A stretch of 64,000 bases of DNA, from the NCBI GenBank assembly GCA_963728915.1, contig CAVSLV010000001.1, forward strand, positions 992,001 through 1,056,000, in the 5' to 3' direction. Within the stretch, counting starts at the first letter, position 1. Each line of letters begins with the position of its first letter. Shown piece after piece: positions 20,609 to 30,056 of this stretch. This stretch comes from an uncultured Gemmatimonadales bacterium. GTDB taxonomy: Bacteria; Gemmatimonadota; Gemmatimonadetes; Gemmatimonadales; GWC2-71-9. The translations under genes and the position numbers were made by a program. The notes under the pieces were generated by a model that saw only the letters and a program-made list of their open reading frames with translations, was not told the DNA's origin and did no database searches.

Positions 20609-21922
20609 TTGCTGCGGTTCGCGGTGCGAGTGTTCTTCCGCCGCCTGGAAACGGCGGGAATCGATCGGGTACCCCGCTCCGGCCCGCTGCTCCTCGTGCT
20701 CAACCACCCGAACTCGCTGATCGACCCGGTCTTCCTCTTCACGATGACCCCGAGGCCCGTTTCGGTGCTCGCGAAGGAGCCGCTCTTCCGCATGCCGGTC
20801 ATCGGACGACTGGTGCGCGCCATGGGATCGATCCCGGTGGAGCGCCGGCAGGATGCGGGCGCCGACCTCGCCAGGAATCGCGAGATGTTCGCTCGGGTCA
20901 GGAACCACCTGGCCCGCGGCGGAGCCATCGCGCTGTTTCCCGAGGGGACCAGCCACAGCGATCCGCGGCTCCGCCCGCTGCGAACCGGCGCGGCGCGGAT
21001 CGCCCTGGGCGTTCGGGCGGACTCGCCTCTCCAGATCCAGCCGGTGGGAATCTTCTATACCGCCAAGGAACGGTTCCGGAGCTCGGCCCTGGTCTATTTC
21101 GGGGAGCCCTTTTCGGTTGCTCCGATGCCGCTCGACCGTGATGGCGAGCCCCCTGGCCACAGCGTTCAAGCCCTCACCGACGCCATCGGCACCGCGCTGG
21201 CCCAGGTCACCCTCCAGGCCGACGAGCTGGAGGCGCACGAGCTGGTCGGGCGAACCGAACGAATCCTCGCCAGCGCGCGGAGGGTCAGTGACGACGTTGC
21301 ACGCCCCGACCTGGCCGAGGAATTCTCCTTCCGCCGTCGCCTGCTCCAGGGATATTCCGCCCTGCAGCGGCAAGACCCGGTCCGATTGGAAAGGCTTCGT
21401 CGCCGAATCCAGCGGTATGAAGAGCGGCTCGAGGGGGCCGGGATCGATCCGTGGGATGTTCCGGTCGGTCCCTTCCGGACCCGCCGCGGGGTGGGAAAAA
21501 TCAGCATGTTCCTGTTTCGGTTCCTGGTGCTTCTTCCGCTGGGATTCCCGGGGTTGCTGCTCCATGTCATTCCCTACCGGCTGGTCGGGGTGCTCTCAAG
21601 ACGGGCCGCGGGGTCCTACGGCGATGTGCTGGCCACCGCGAAGGTGATCGCCGCGGCCGTGGTGTTTCCGCTGTTCTGGGTCGGGAGCGCGGCATTGGTC
21701 TGGTGGCGGGCGGGGGCGCTGGGCGGCATCGCGACCGCTCTGCTCGCTCCGGTCAGCGGCTATGCGGCCTTGCGACTCCTCGAGACCGGGAATCGCGCGT
21801 TAGGAGCCGCCCGGGCGCTGACGCTGTGGCTGGGCGGCCGGCGCCGATTCGTTCGGCTTCAACAACGGCGGCAACAGCTGCGAGACGAGCTGGTTCGTCT
21901 GGCCGGTGAGCTCGGGGTCTGA
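20609..21922 (+). CDS. Lysophospholipid/glycerol-3-phosphate acyltransferase with C-terminal TM helices
   Basis: NHPNSLID (HX4D) and FPEGTS motifs; start uncertain. Confidence 0.85.
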   Translation: MLRFAVRVFFRRLETAGIDRVPRSGPLLLVLNHPNSLIDPVFLFTMTPRPVSVLAKEPLFRMPVIGRLVRAMGSIPVERRQDAGADLARNREMFARVRNHLARGGAIALFPEGTSHSDPRLRPLRTGAARIALGVRADSPLQIQPVGIFYTAKERFRSSALVYFGEPFSVAPMPLDRDGEPPGHSVQALTDAIGTALAQVTLQADELEAHELVGRTERILASARRVSDDVARPDLAEEFSFRRRLLQGYSALQRQDPVRLERLRRRIQRYEERLEGAGIDPWDVPVGPFRTRRGVGKISMFLFRFLVLLPLGFPGLLLHVIPYRLVGVLSRRAAGSYGDVLATAKVIAAAVVFPLFWVGSAALVWWRAGALGGIATALLAPVSGYAALRLLETGNRALGAARALTLWLGGRRRFVRLQQRRQQLRDELVRLAGELGV

Positions 21923-22351
21923 TCAGGGACTGGGGGCGCCCGGATAGTCCGGCCCCAGGAGCACCGTCACGTCGAGACGCAGCAGGGTATCGAGCGCCAC
22001 TCGAATCCGCTCGAGGCCGAGCGCCCGGGCGACCTGAAGGGCCGCCGTGGAGTCACCCCGACGGAGCAGCACCTCGGTCGCGGGCACGGAATCGTGAGCG
22101 GTGCCGAAGAACATCACGTCGAACCCCTGCTCCCGCAGCTTCCGGGTGACCACCCGGGCCAGGCCCTGCCGGCCCGATCCGTTGAGCACCTCGACCGTGA
22201 TCCCGTTCGGCACGGGGACCCGGATCTCACCGGCCCGGGCCGGCCCCTCTCGTGGACGAAGCAGGGCCCAGGCCAGGCCTCCCATCACCAGAAGGAGGAC
22301 GGCGAGGCCTAACGCGCGGACGAGCGGGCGAGACCGTTCCAGAAACGCCAT
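21923..22351 (-). CDS. LytR C-terminal domain membrane protein
   Basis: One TM helix, then VEVLNGSGRQGLA...DVTVLLGPDY. Confidence 0.85.
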   Translation of the reverse strand: MAFLERSRPLVRALGLAVLLLVMGGLAWALLRPREGPARAGEIRVPVPNGITVEVLNGSGRQGLARVVTRKLREQGFDVMFFGTAHDSVPATEVLLRRGDSTAALQVARALGLERIRVALDTLLRLDVTVLLGPDYPGAPSP

Positions 22352-22887
22352 GTGGTGGAAGGAATGGACCAGCCGGTCTGGATCAGGTGGAGCACCCGGA
22401 GCTTGGCGACTTCGTGCAGCACGCCTCGAGGATCGCCGGGGAACCGTTCGGCCAGGGCGCGACGTCCCGGATTGGATTCCCGGCGCCCGGGCTCGAGAAA
22501 ATCGGCGCAATACAGGACCCGGCCGACCATGTCCCACTCCGCGAGCCCGACCGAATGATACCGGACCGCATCCAGCACCCCGCGGTCCAGCTCCCCTTCG
22601 GCCTTGGCCCGCGACGCGCTGGCGGGACCATGAAGGAGCTCAGGCGGTCCGGGGACCGAAGGCGCCAGCTCCCGCAGAAGCTCCTCGGGCGCATCACGCA
22701 ACGCATCGTGTAACCAGACCGCTTTGAGCCACCGATTCCGTTCCGACTCGGGAGCGCCCATCGTATTGCTCCAGCTCGCCACCAGCTCGGCTACCCGCTG
22801 AATATGGGCCAGACGTTCCGGACCCACCTGGGCCCACCGGGGAAGAGTAGGCCGAAGTTCGGCCGGCATCCGCGGAGTGCCACTCAT
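22309..22887 (-). CDS. yqeK: HD-domain hydrolase, YqeK-like (symmetrical Ap4A hydrolase family)
   Basis: HIQRV, LHD, LLHG, RYHSVG, ADFLEPGR. Confidence 0.8.
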   Translation of the reverse strand: MSGTPRMPAELRPTLPRWAQVGPERLAHIQRVAELVASWSNTMGAPESERNRWLKAVWLHDALRDAPEELLRELAPSVPGPPELLHGPASASRAKAEGELDRGVLDAVRYHSVGLAEWDMVGRVLYCADFLEPGRRESNPGRRALAERFPGDPRGVLHEVAKLRVLHLIQTGWSIPSTTWRFWNGLARSSAR

Positions 22888-22906
22888 CCTTGGAAGGTAT
22901 CCCGGT

Positions 22907-23326
22907 CTAGAATCCCTGACGGGCGAGCTCTTCGAGCTCCCGCTGCCAGAAGGGACGGTCGGAGAGCCCCGGGTGCGGTACCCGGAGTCCGGGCTCCTCC
23001 AGCGAAACGTCACCGTACCGAACCAGATCGAGATCGAGGGTCCGGGACGCCCACCTGACCCGGCGCTCCCTGCCGGCCTCCGCTTCGATGGCCTGGCACG
23101 CCCGCAGGAGATCTCGCGGCGAAAGCGCCGTTTCGAGAACCACCATCTGGTTGAGATAGGGCGGCTGGGCGAGGCCACCGAGAGGCTCGGTCTGTTCGAT
23201 TGAGGAGGCGGCGAGCAGCCGGGTCCCGGGCAGCACCCCGAGACGCTCCCTGGCGAAGCTCAGGTGCTGTTCGCGATCGCCCAGGTTGCTGCCGATCGCG
23301 ACGAATGCCTGCGACGCCCGGATCAT
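22907..23326 (-). CDS. folK: 2-amino-4-hydroxy-6-hydroxymethyldihydropteridine diphosphokinase
   Basis: [27 protein letters not shown]. Confidence 0.95.
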   Translation of the reverse strand: MIRASQAFVAIGSNLGDREQHLSFARERLGVLPGTRLLAASSIEQTEPLGGLAQPPYLNQMVVLETALSPRDLLRACQAIEAEAGRERRVRWASRTLDLDLVRYGDVSLEEPGLRVPHPGLSDRPFWQRELEELARQGF

Positions 23327-25368
23327 TCGGCTCGGGCAAAGGACCGTGAAATCCGGGCGAGCTCGACGGCGACCCGCTCCAGCTCGGCGACCGAGCGGTC
23401 CAGATCGTGACTGCTCTGGGTAAGGGTGGCGCCTTCCCGAACCAGTTTGTCGCCCTGGGTCCCGGCCTGATCGGCGGCTTCCAGCATCATGCGGAGCCCG
23501 GTTTCGAGACGTCGCACCATCTGCTCCTGGGAAGCCGCCGACTCTGCAATGCTCCGGGCCTGGCGTCCTGAATCCTGTGAGGCCTCGACGACCACGTCGA
23601 GCGCCTGGGAAGCGGACGCTCCGAGTCGCTCCATCTCTTCGACCAGCTGACGACCGTTTTCCATCCGGGTGGCAAGGGTCGCCACGCCGCGGGCCATCTC
23701 CGCGGCGAGCCGTGACGCATCCCCGCCCGCCCCCGCGCTCTGAATCGCCAGCTGGCGAATCTCTTCCGCCACCACGACGAAGCCGCGACCCGATTCCCCG
23801 GCGCGCTGCGCTTCGATCGCCGCGTTGAGCGCGATGACATTGGTCAGCTCGGCGATTTCGGCGATGGAGGAGAGGAAGGTGCGGATCCGCGCGGCGGTGG
23901 CGCCGAGGGATTGGACCGCCCGGGTTCCGCTGGATACCACCTCTCGAAGCCCCGAGAGACGCTCCAGGGCTTCTCCGATTTCCTCCTGGTGGCGCGCCGA
24001 GGCGGCGGCGGCCCGTTCGCTGCTCCTGACGGCCCGGGTGCCGCTTTGCCCGCTCGAGTCGGACAGATGGAAGAGGTCGCTCGCGGCCTCAAGCCCGTCG
24101 TGAGCGGCCTCCCGTTCGTTGGAGGTTTCCCGGCAAAGAGCTTGCGCGGCGATCTCCAGGGAAGCGGCGATTGATCTCAGATTGGCGGCTGCCTTGGCCA
24201 GGCCCTGAATCTGAATCGCGACCTGGTCCACCAGCCCGGGCAGGGGCTGTCGGAGGTCACCAAGGTGGATCGCGACCGCCATCTGATCCCCAAGGCTCCG
24301 GATCAATCGAATGTCGCGGGACCCGAACGGAGCCCGAGGCGTCGCCGTCATTTCCATGGTGCCGAGGGAGTTTCCGCCTTGCCGCAACGGGAAGATGGTC
24401 ACCCGATGGATGGAGATCCGGGCGCCCAGCTCCATGGCGCGAAGGCGGGATTCACTGCGTCCTGACTCGTCGTCCGGGGTGGTCCGGGCCCAGCTGGAGC
24501 GGTAGGCGAGCCGGGCCCCATTTCCGTTCTCGGTTCGATAGACCCGAAAGTCGTCCCACTCGAGGAACCGTCGGGCAAGCCGCTCCACCCGGGCGTAAGC
24601 TTCGCCGATCGCGGTGGGGGCCATGCCCAGGCGGAGGGAATGGACCTCGCTCTGCAGCTCGCGCACAATCAGGTCCTGCAGGAGCAATCGCACCAGGATC
24701 CCGAACAGGCCGAGCAACAGGGCCGCGAAAATCCATCCCGCCAGATCGAAGCGGCTGAGGCTCCAGATGGCGAACCCTGCGCCTGCCAGGGTAAAGAGGA
24801 AGCCGATCACCTCCCAGCGAATCACGAAGCCACGATCGGCCGGCTCCATTTCCTGGTCCAGGATCGCAAGCCCGAGGCCCAGGACCAGCCGGATGGCGAG
24901 CCAGACCCCCGCGAAAATGGCGGCCGGGAGCACCAGGGCGAGGCTGGGCGATCCTCCGTCGATAGACCGGAGACCGGCAGCGAGGAAGCCATACCCGGTC
25001 GCGAAGGCGAGGAGCTCCCTGCCGGTTTCGACCAGGGCTCTCCGGAGACTCCGGCGCCGGATCAGGAATTCCGAAACCAGAATCCCGGGGAAGAGGCCCA
25101 GCACCGCCGCCGACGCAGGGAGCGTCAGGCCGGCGATCAGCACCACGATCCCGGCCTGGCTGAGGCTCCATCCTCGAAGGAGCGGCACGAAGAAGAACCG
25201 GAGCCCGACCGTTGCGACGAACACGGCGACCGCGGGGAGGAGATACCCCTTCCAGCGCGGATCCAGGAGAACCGCCAGGGCGGTCAGCAGGACGCCGGCG
25301 CCGGCGACGACGGACTCCAGCCATTGGGCCAGCTTCTCGCCCGGCCTCAGATCAGAGGAAATAGTCAC
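23323..25368 (-). CDS. Methyl-accepting chemotaxis-type receptor with polytopic membrane N-terminus and GAF-like linker
   Basis: Hairpin tip [37 protein letters not shown]; several TM segments in the first ~230 aa; GAF-like [13 protein letters not shown]...LGDQMAVAI. Confidence 0.88.
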   Translation of the reverse strand: MTISSDLRPGEKLAQWLESVVAGAGVLLTALAVLLDPRWKGYLLPAVAVFVATVGLRFFFVPLLRGWSLSQAGIVVLIAGLTLPASAAVLGLFPGILVSEFLIRRRSLRRALVETGRELLAFATGYGFLAAGLRSIDGGSPSLALVLPAAIFAGVWLAIRLVLGLGLAILDQEMEPADRGFVIRWEVIGFLFTLAGAGFAIWSLSRFDLAGWIFAALLLGLFGILVRLLLQDLIVRELQSEVHSLRLGMAPTAIGEAYARVERLARRFLEWDDFRVYRTENGNGARLAYRSSWARTTPDDESGRSESRLRAMELGARISIHRVTIFPLRQGGNSLGTMEMTATPRAPFGSRDIRLIRSLGDQMAVAIHLGDLRQPLPGLVDQVAIQIQGLAKAAANLRSIAASLEIAAQALCRETSNEREAAHDGLEAASDLFHLSDSSGQSGTRAVRSSERAAAASARHQEEIGEALERLSGLREVVSSGTRAVQSLGATAARIRTFLSSIAEIAELTNVIALNAAIEAQRAGESGRGFVVVAEEIRQLAIQSAGAGGDASRLAAEMARGVATLATRMENGRQLVEEMERLGASASQALDVVVEASQDSGRQARSIAESAASQEQMVRRLETGLRMMLEAADQAGTQGDKLVREGATLTQSSHDLDRSVAELERVAVELARISRSFARAE

Positions 25369-26791
25369 CGACCGTGAGATTGTACCGCTCGGGGTTGGTC
25401 ACCTTGACGATCGAGCGAACATAGGATCCATCGGGACCTCGCTCGGTCAGGTCGGCGGACTGGCCCGGTGGGGTCAGCGTTCCTCCCCGCGCGTCCATGG
25501 CAATTCTGACCCTGGGTCGATTGAGCAGCTGTTGATCAGAGTTGGGCTGGGATACGATGGCGACCTCCAGCGTATCCAGGATGACGCAGGTCCCCACCGG
25601 ATAGACCCCGAGCAAATTGATCAGCGCCTTGACGATGCTCGGGTCGAAGCCTCGCTTCGGGTTGGTCCACATCTCCCGAAGAACCTGATCCGGTTCGATC
25701 GGCTCGGATTGGTAGGCCCGACGGGTGGTCGCGGCATCGTAGCCGTCGGCCACCGCGACGATCCGGGTGAAGACGCCGAGCGAGCGGGGACGGATCGAGC
25801 GGGGATAGCCCCCGAGATCGGTCTTCATGTGGTGCTCGTGGGCCACCAGAATGGCGTGATAGGGAATCTCGGCGTAGCCCCGCAACCCGAACAGCGTCAT
25901 CGCGCCGCGCCAGGGATGGGCCTGAATGAGTCGCCACTCGTCCTCGGTCAGATCCCGGCTCTTGTTCAGGACCTCGATGGGAATGCGTGCCTTGCCGACG
26001 TCGTGGAGCAGCGCCGTCATCCCGAGATCATAGAGCTGCAGCTTGGTCAATCCGATTTTCCGGCCCAGCGCCACCGCGAAGATGCACACATTCACCGAGT
26101 GGGTGAACGTGTATTCGTCGTAGTCGCGCAAGGCGGTGAGCCCCATGATGGACGTCTCGTTGGTCAGCACCTGGTCGACGATCATCTGCACCGCGCGCTT
26201 GATCCGCTTCACGCCGGCGGTGCGCCCCAGCCGGATACTGTTCACAACTTCCTTGGTGACCGCGACGCCATGCGAGTAGGTGCGCTTGGCGACTTCCCGG
26301 GCCTCCTCGGACGTCAGGCCATCGGCGGTCTCGGTCGCCGGTTCCACGTCGAGGTGGGGACAGCTCGCCTGGCCCAGCCGTTCCACCAGCGCGGTGTAAC
26401 GATCCTCGATCCTGGCCTCCGCCGAGAGGCTGAGCAGGATGCTCAACATGGCTTGCCATTCGCGCCGCTCCACATCCTGAAACACCCGGAAGACCCCGAT
26501 GTCGAAGTTGCGGAAGGTGGTGAGCAAGCCACTGAACGCCGCGAAGTTGTCGAGCTCCAGCCGGAGCCTCGTCCCGTTGATGAAGAGAAAATCCCCCGCC
26601 AGCCGCAGCTCGAGCTCGGCGTCGCGCTCGAGGAGGTGGGCGGAGGCGCTCTGAAGCTCGTCCAGGGCTCGCTGCACCGCGGTGTTCTCGACCGGATAGA
26701 GCTTGAGAGCCCGGAAGGCGGCATAAAAGGTCAGGAGGAATGCGCGGCCGGAGTGACGGAAGAAGGCTTCGTCGCGAGGAACCTCGCTCAT
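25352..26791 (-). CDS. HD-GYP cyclic-dinucleotide phosphodiesterase with uncharacterised N-terminal domain
   Basis: [24 protein letters not shown]...GGYP, VADGYDA, C-terminal GVYPVGT. Confidence 0.92.
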   Translation of the reverse strand: MSEVPRDEAFFRHSGRAFLLTFYAAFRALKLYPVENTAVQRALDELQSASAHLLERDAELELRLAGDFLFINGTRLRLELDNFAAFSGLLTTFRNFDIGVFRVFQDVERREWQAMLSILLSLSAEARIEDRYTALVERLGQASCPHLDVEPATETADGLTSEEAREVAKRTYSHGVAVTKEVVNSIRLGRTAGVKRIKRAVQMIVDQVLTNETSIMGLTALRDYDEYTFTHSVNVCIFAVALGRKIGLTKLQLYDLGMTALLHDVGKARIPIEVLNKSRDLTEDEWRLIQAHPWRGAMTLFGLRGYAEIPYHAILVAHEHHMKTDLGGYPRSIRPRSLGVFTRIVAVADGYDAATTRRAYQSEPIEPDQVLREMWTNPKRGFDPSIVKALINLLGVYPVGTCVILDTLEVAIVSQPNSDQQLLNRPRVRIAMDARGGTLTPPGQSADLTERGPDGSYVRSIVKVTNPERYNLTVGDYFL

Positions 26792-28485
26792 GCGCGCCAA
26801 GTCCGGAGCGATCCGGCGGCCGCGTTCCGGACCGGGAGATCCTTGTCGTTCTGGAGCCGCTCAAGAAGGTCCCGGGCTTCGGGCACCTGGATCTTGGCGA
26901 CCGCATACGCCGCACAGGTCCGGACCTCGCTGGACTCCTTCCGGCGGAAGAGCCCCTTGGGTTCGATCAGCTCGCTGAGCTGCGGAAGCACCGCCGGCCC
27001 CCCCAGGACCGCATAGGCCTCGAAGAATTGGCGCCGTTCCGCTCGTTCGAGCTCGTAATCACCCTTCCCCAGGACCACGTTCTCGAGGCGTCGCAGGGCT
27101 CCCCGATAACCGCGCTCGACCACCAGAGTGACCGCGGCAAGCCGGACCCCTCGGTCGGAATCGTCAAGGCCTTTCTCCAGCGCCGCCAGGGCCCCGGGCG
27201 ATCCGATCACACCGAGAGCCTGAATCGCCCCCCGACGCGCTCCCGCTTCGCGATGCGCGAGGAGCTTGTCGAGCGCGGGGACCGCTGCCCCCAGCTTGAG
27301 GCGTCCGGCCAGCGCGATGGCCCCTGAGAGCGCCTCGGACTCCAGATTGCCCAGCAACCCCAACAGGGTTTCCACGTGCGCGGCCCCAAGCCGGTCCACC
27401 GACTGCTCCAGCGTCCGCCGCACCGCGGGCCGCTTGAGGCTGGGCAGAAACGTCAGCATGGTCTCCAGCCCCTTGGCGTGCAGCTCGCCCAGCACCATGC
27501 CAATGTCCTCGTCCTCAAAGACAACGGTGGAGTCTTCCAGGGCCTGAAGGAGCTGGGCCAGAATGGCCGGCTCGGAGAGACTGGCCTGGAAGGACTCGAG
27601 CCGGCCCCGCAGGGTCGGGTCCAGGACCGTGATGCGCTGCGCGATCGTACGAAACTCACGGAGCAATTGCGCGACGGTTCGGAACTCGCCCCGGTTGAGC
27701 AGGTTGGGGAACAACTGATCGAAGAGATCGAGCACTTCGGCGCGAATGGCCGGAGAGGGCTGGAGCTCGAAGGTATCGAGCAGCGCGTCAAACGCTGCCT
27801 GGCGGACGTCCCGGGTGTATTCCTGGGCAACCTGGTCCGCCAGCCTCTGGACCTCCTGCGGCTCCAGGAAGTACAGGGTGGAGTCGAACTCCTCCATCTC
27901 CGGAAGCAGTCCCTGATTCTGGACCACTTCGGTGACCACGTGTTCATGGTTGGTGGCGGCCGCCGCTTCAGGCTCGGCCCCACCGAATCCCATGGGCCGG
28001 GCTTCCAGCGCCGGGGCGCCGTCACCGGTGCTCTCGGCGAACTGATAGTCGATGAAGAGAAACTCCTGCTCCCAAAGGAGGGTGAGCAGGTCATCCGCGG
28101 CGTCGCCGGCCAGGAGGCGAGCCCGGGTCACCACCTGGAGAAAAGTGACCACCTCCTCGGTCTCCACGCCGGGCCGGAACCGGAGCATCCGCATTCCGTC
28201 CTTGTAGAGCATCCACGCCAGGCTCTCGGCGCGGTTCGGCTGGTGATACACCACCTGCTCTTCCCAGAGGAGATCGGTCTCGGTCACGGTGAGCACGAGG
28301 TGCGGCGTGCTGGACCAGATCGGGAGGAAGGATTCCTGGATGGCCTGCTGGCTCCGCTGGTACATCGGATTGTTCGGCGGGTACATCTGAAAGGCGCGAA
28401 GCCCCTTGTGAATCACCTTCACGAGCTCTTCCACCTGCTGGGCGGGCAGGGCCAGATCGGCGCCGGAGGGAGGAGGCATCGTCAC
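26788..28485 (-). CDS. HEAT-repeat protein with uncharacterised N-terminal domain
   Basis: C-terminal HEAT repeats (AVPALDKLL...RRGAIQALG, LDDSDRGVRLAA, EVRTCAAYAV, DLPVRNAA); acidic middle region. Confidence 0.85.
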   Translation of the reverse strand: MTMPPPSGADLALPAQQVEELVKVIHKGLRAFQMYPPNNPMYQRSQQAIQESFLPIWSSTPHLVLTVTETDLLWEEQVVYHQPNRAESLAWMLYKDGMRMLRFRPGVETEEVVTFLQVVTRARLLAGDAADDLLTLLWEQEFLFIDYQFAESTGDGAPALEARPMGFGGAEPEAAAATNHEHVVTEVVQNQGLLPEMEEFDSTLYFLEPQEVQRLADQVAQEYTRDVRQAAFDALLDTFELQPSPAIRAEVLDLFDQLFPNLLNRGEFRTVAQLLREFRTIAQRITVLDPTLRGRLESFQASLSEPAILAQLLQALEDSTVVFEDEDIGMVLGELHAKGLETMLTFLPSLKRPAVRRTLEQSVDRLGAAHVETLLGLLGNLESEALSGAIALAGRLKLGAAVPALDKLLAHREAGARRGAIQALGVIGSPGALAALEKGLDDSDRGVRLAAVTLVVERGYRGALRRLENVVLGKGDYELERAERRQFFEAYAVLGGPAVLPQLSELIEPKGLFRRKESSEVRTCAAYAVAKIQVPEARDLLERLQNDKDLPVRNAAAGSLRTWRA

Positions 28486-28573
28486 GGGGCAAACCTCACG
28501 GGATCGGCGGTTGCCGTCGGAGGAGTGGCAAGACTCTCGTAAAATAGCACCCCATCAGCAGTTGCCCATACTA

Positions 28574-28602
28574 TTGAATTTCGGCCTTTATTCGGGTATA
28601 TT
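28574..28602 (+). promoter_or_regulatory. sigma70-type promoter of lexA
   Basis: TTGAAT (28574-28579), 17-bp spacer, TATATT (28597-28602) in an AT-rich intergenic region. Confidence 0.7.
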
Positions 28603-28623
28603 ATGGTATCTCTTCGGGTATAA
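28580..28623 (+). repeat. 11-bp-period direct repeat array (TTCGG-N6), candidate LexA operator
   Basis: TTCGG at 28580, 28591 and 28613, degenerate TATGG at 28602; TTCGGGTATA exact at 28591 and 28613. Confidence 0.65.
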
Positions 28624-28626
28624 TTG

Positions 28627-29235
28627 ATGCCACTCACCAAACGTCAGCGCGAAATCCTGAGTTTCCTCGAGAATCACATCAGGAGTCATGGGTACGCCCC
28701 CAGTATGGAGGAAATCGCGGACCATTTCTCCCTCCAGTCTCTTTCGACGGTTCACGAGCACCTGGCCAATCTGGAGCAGAAGGGAGCGATTCGCCGGAGC
28801 TACAACGAGAGTCGGGGCATAGAGATCCTCCCTCCCCGGGGCATTAGTGGAGCGACTGAAATCCCCCTCCTGGGTGTGGTGGCAGCCGGCCTGCCCATCG
28901 AAGCCGTGCTTCACCAGGAATCTCTGGCCGTGCCGGACAGCATGCTTCCCTCGCGGGGACCGAACTATGCCCTGCGCGTCCGTGGTGACTCCATGGTCGA
29001 CGAGCATATCGTCGACGGAGACTACGTCGTGGTTCACGGCCGCCAGAGCGCGGACAACGGAGAGGTCGTCATCGCATTGGTCAACGGCTCGGAAGCCACC
29101 GTCAAGAAATTCTATCGCGAGCCAGGGGGTTGGATCCGTTTGCAGCCCGCCAACCCGGCAATGGCCCCGCTCCGCTTTCCCGAACACGACATCCTCATTC
29201 AAGGGGTCGTGGTAGGAGTGATCCGCCGCTACTGA
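28627..29235 (+). CDS. lexA: SOS repressor LexA
   Basis: LTKRQREIL wHTH, GYAPS, VAAG cleavage site, GDSM serine, TVKK lysine. Confidence 0.97.
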   Translation: MPLTKRQREILSFLENHIRSHGYAPSMEEIADHFSLQSLSTVHEHLANLEQKGAIRRSYNESRGIEILPPRGISGATEIPLLGVVAAGLPIEAVLHQESLAVPDSMLPSRGPNYALRVRGDSMVDEHIVDGDYVVVHGRQSADNGEVVIALVNGSEATVKKFYREPGGWIRLQPANPAMAPLRFPEHDILIQGVVVGVIRRY

Positions 29236-29291
29236 GCGCCGGTCTTCCGGCCTCGCCTCACCACAGGTCTCCCCTGCTAAATTGCGGCACG

Positions 29292-30056
29292 ATGCCGCGC
29301 ACCGTGCTGATCACGTTGCACTACGACGGCGGGCGGTTCGTCGGATGGCAACGACAAGCGCGAGGGCGTACCGTCCAGGCAGAGCTGGAGCTCGTGCTCG
29401 AGCGCCTCACCGGCTCGGCGATCAGGGTGCACGCGGCTGGACGCACCGATGCCGGGGTCCATGCGGCCGGATTGGGGGTCAGCGCGGTGGTACCCGAGCG
29501 GTGGACCACCGGCGATCTGCGCCGGGGACTGAACGCCTTGTTGCCGGAGGATTGCTGGGTGGCCGCCTGCCAGGAAATGAAACCCGGATTCCACGCCCGC
29601 AAGTCTGCCGCGTCTCGACGCTACCGGTATGTGCTCGGCACCGACGAGGGCTCGAGGTCGCCTTTCCGGCATCGGTTCGAATGGGCGCTGGGTGAACCGG
29701 TAAGCGGGGCCGCCCTGCACCAGGCCGCGGCTCTGCTTCCGGGAGAACACGATTTCACCGGGTTCAGCGTACGGAGCTCGCCTCGGGAACACAAGCGCTG
29801 CCGGATCCTGGTCTGCCGGTGGGAGGCCCGCTCGCCAGGGCGCGGCTTCGAGCTCGAGATCCAGGCCGACCGCTTTCTGCATCACATGGTGCGGATGCTG
29901 GTTGGGACCATGGTCGACATTGCCCGAAACCGCCGCCCCGCGGCCGATCTGGCCGCAGTCCTGGCGGGGGAGCCCGGGGTTCGAACCAGCCCTCCCGCCC
30001 CGCCCCAAGGTCTCTACTTCGTCGCCGCGGAGTATCCAGCAGAATGCTACGCCTGA
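29292..30056 (+). CDS. truA: tRNA pseudouridine(38-40) synthase
   Basis: YDGGRFVGWQ, AGRTDAGVHA, FHAR, GEHDF, FLHHMVR. Confidence 0.96.
   Translation: MPRTVLITLHYDGGRFVGWQRQARGRTVQAELELVLERLTGSAIRVHAAGRTDAGVHAAGLGVSAVVPERWTTGDLRRGLNALLPEDCWVAACQEMKPGFHARKSAASRRYRYVLGTDEGSRSPFRHRFEWALGEPVSGAALHQAAALLPGEHDFTGFSVRSSPREHKRCRILVCRWEARSPGRGFELEIQADRFLHHMVRMLVGTMVDIARNRRPAADLAAVLAGEPGVRTSPPAPPQGLYFVAAEYPAECYA

Noticed and set aside
28588..29202. 204-aa ORF antisense to lexA
   Set aside because: Shadow of lexA with no motif
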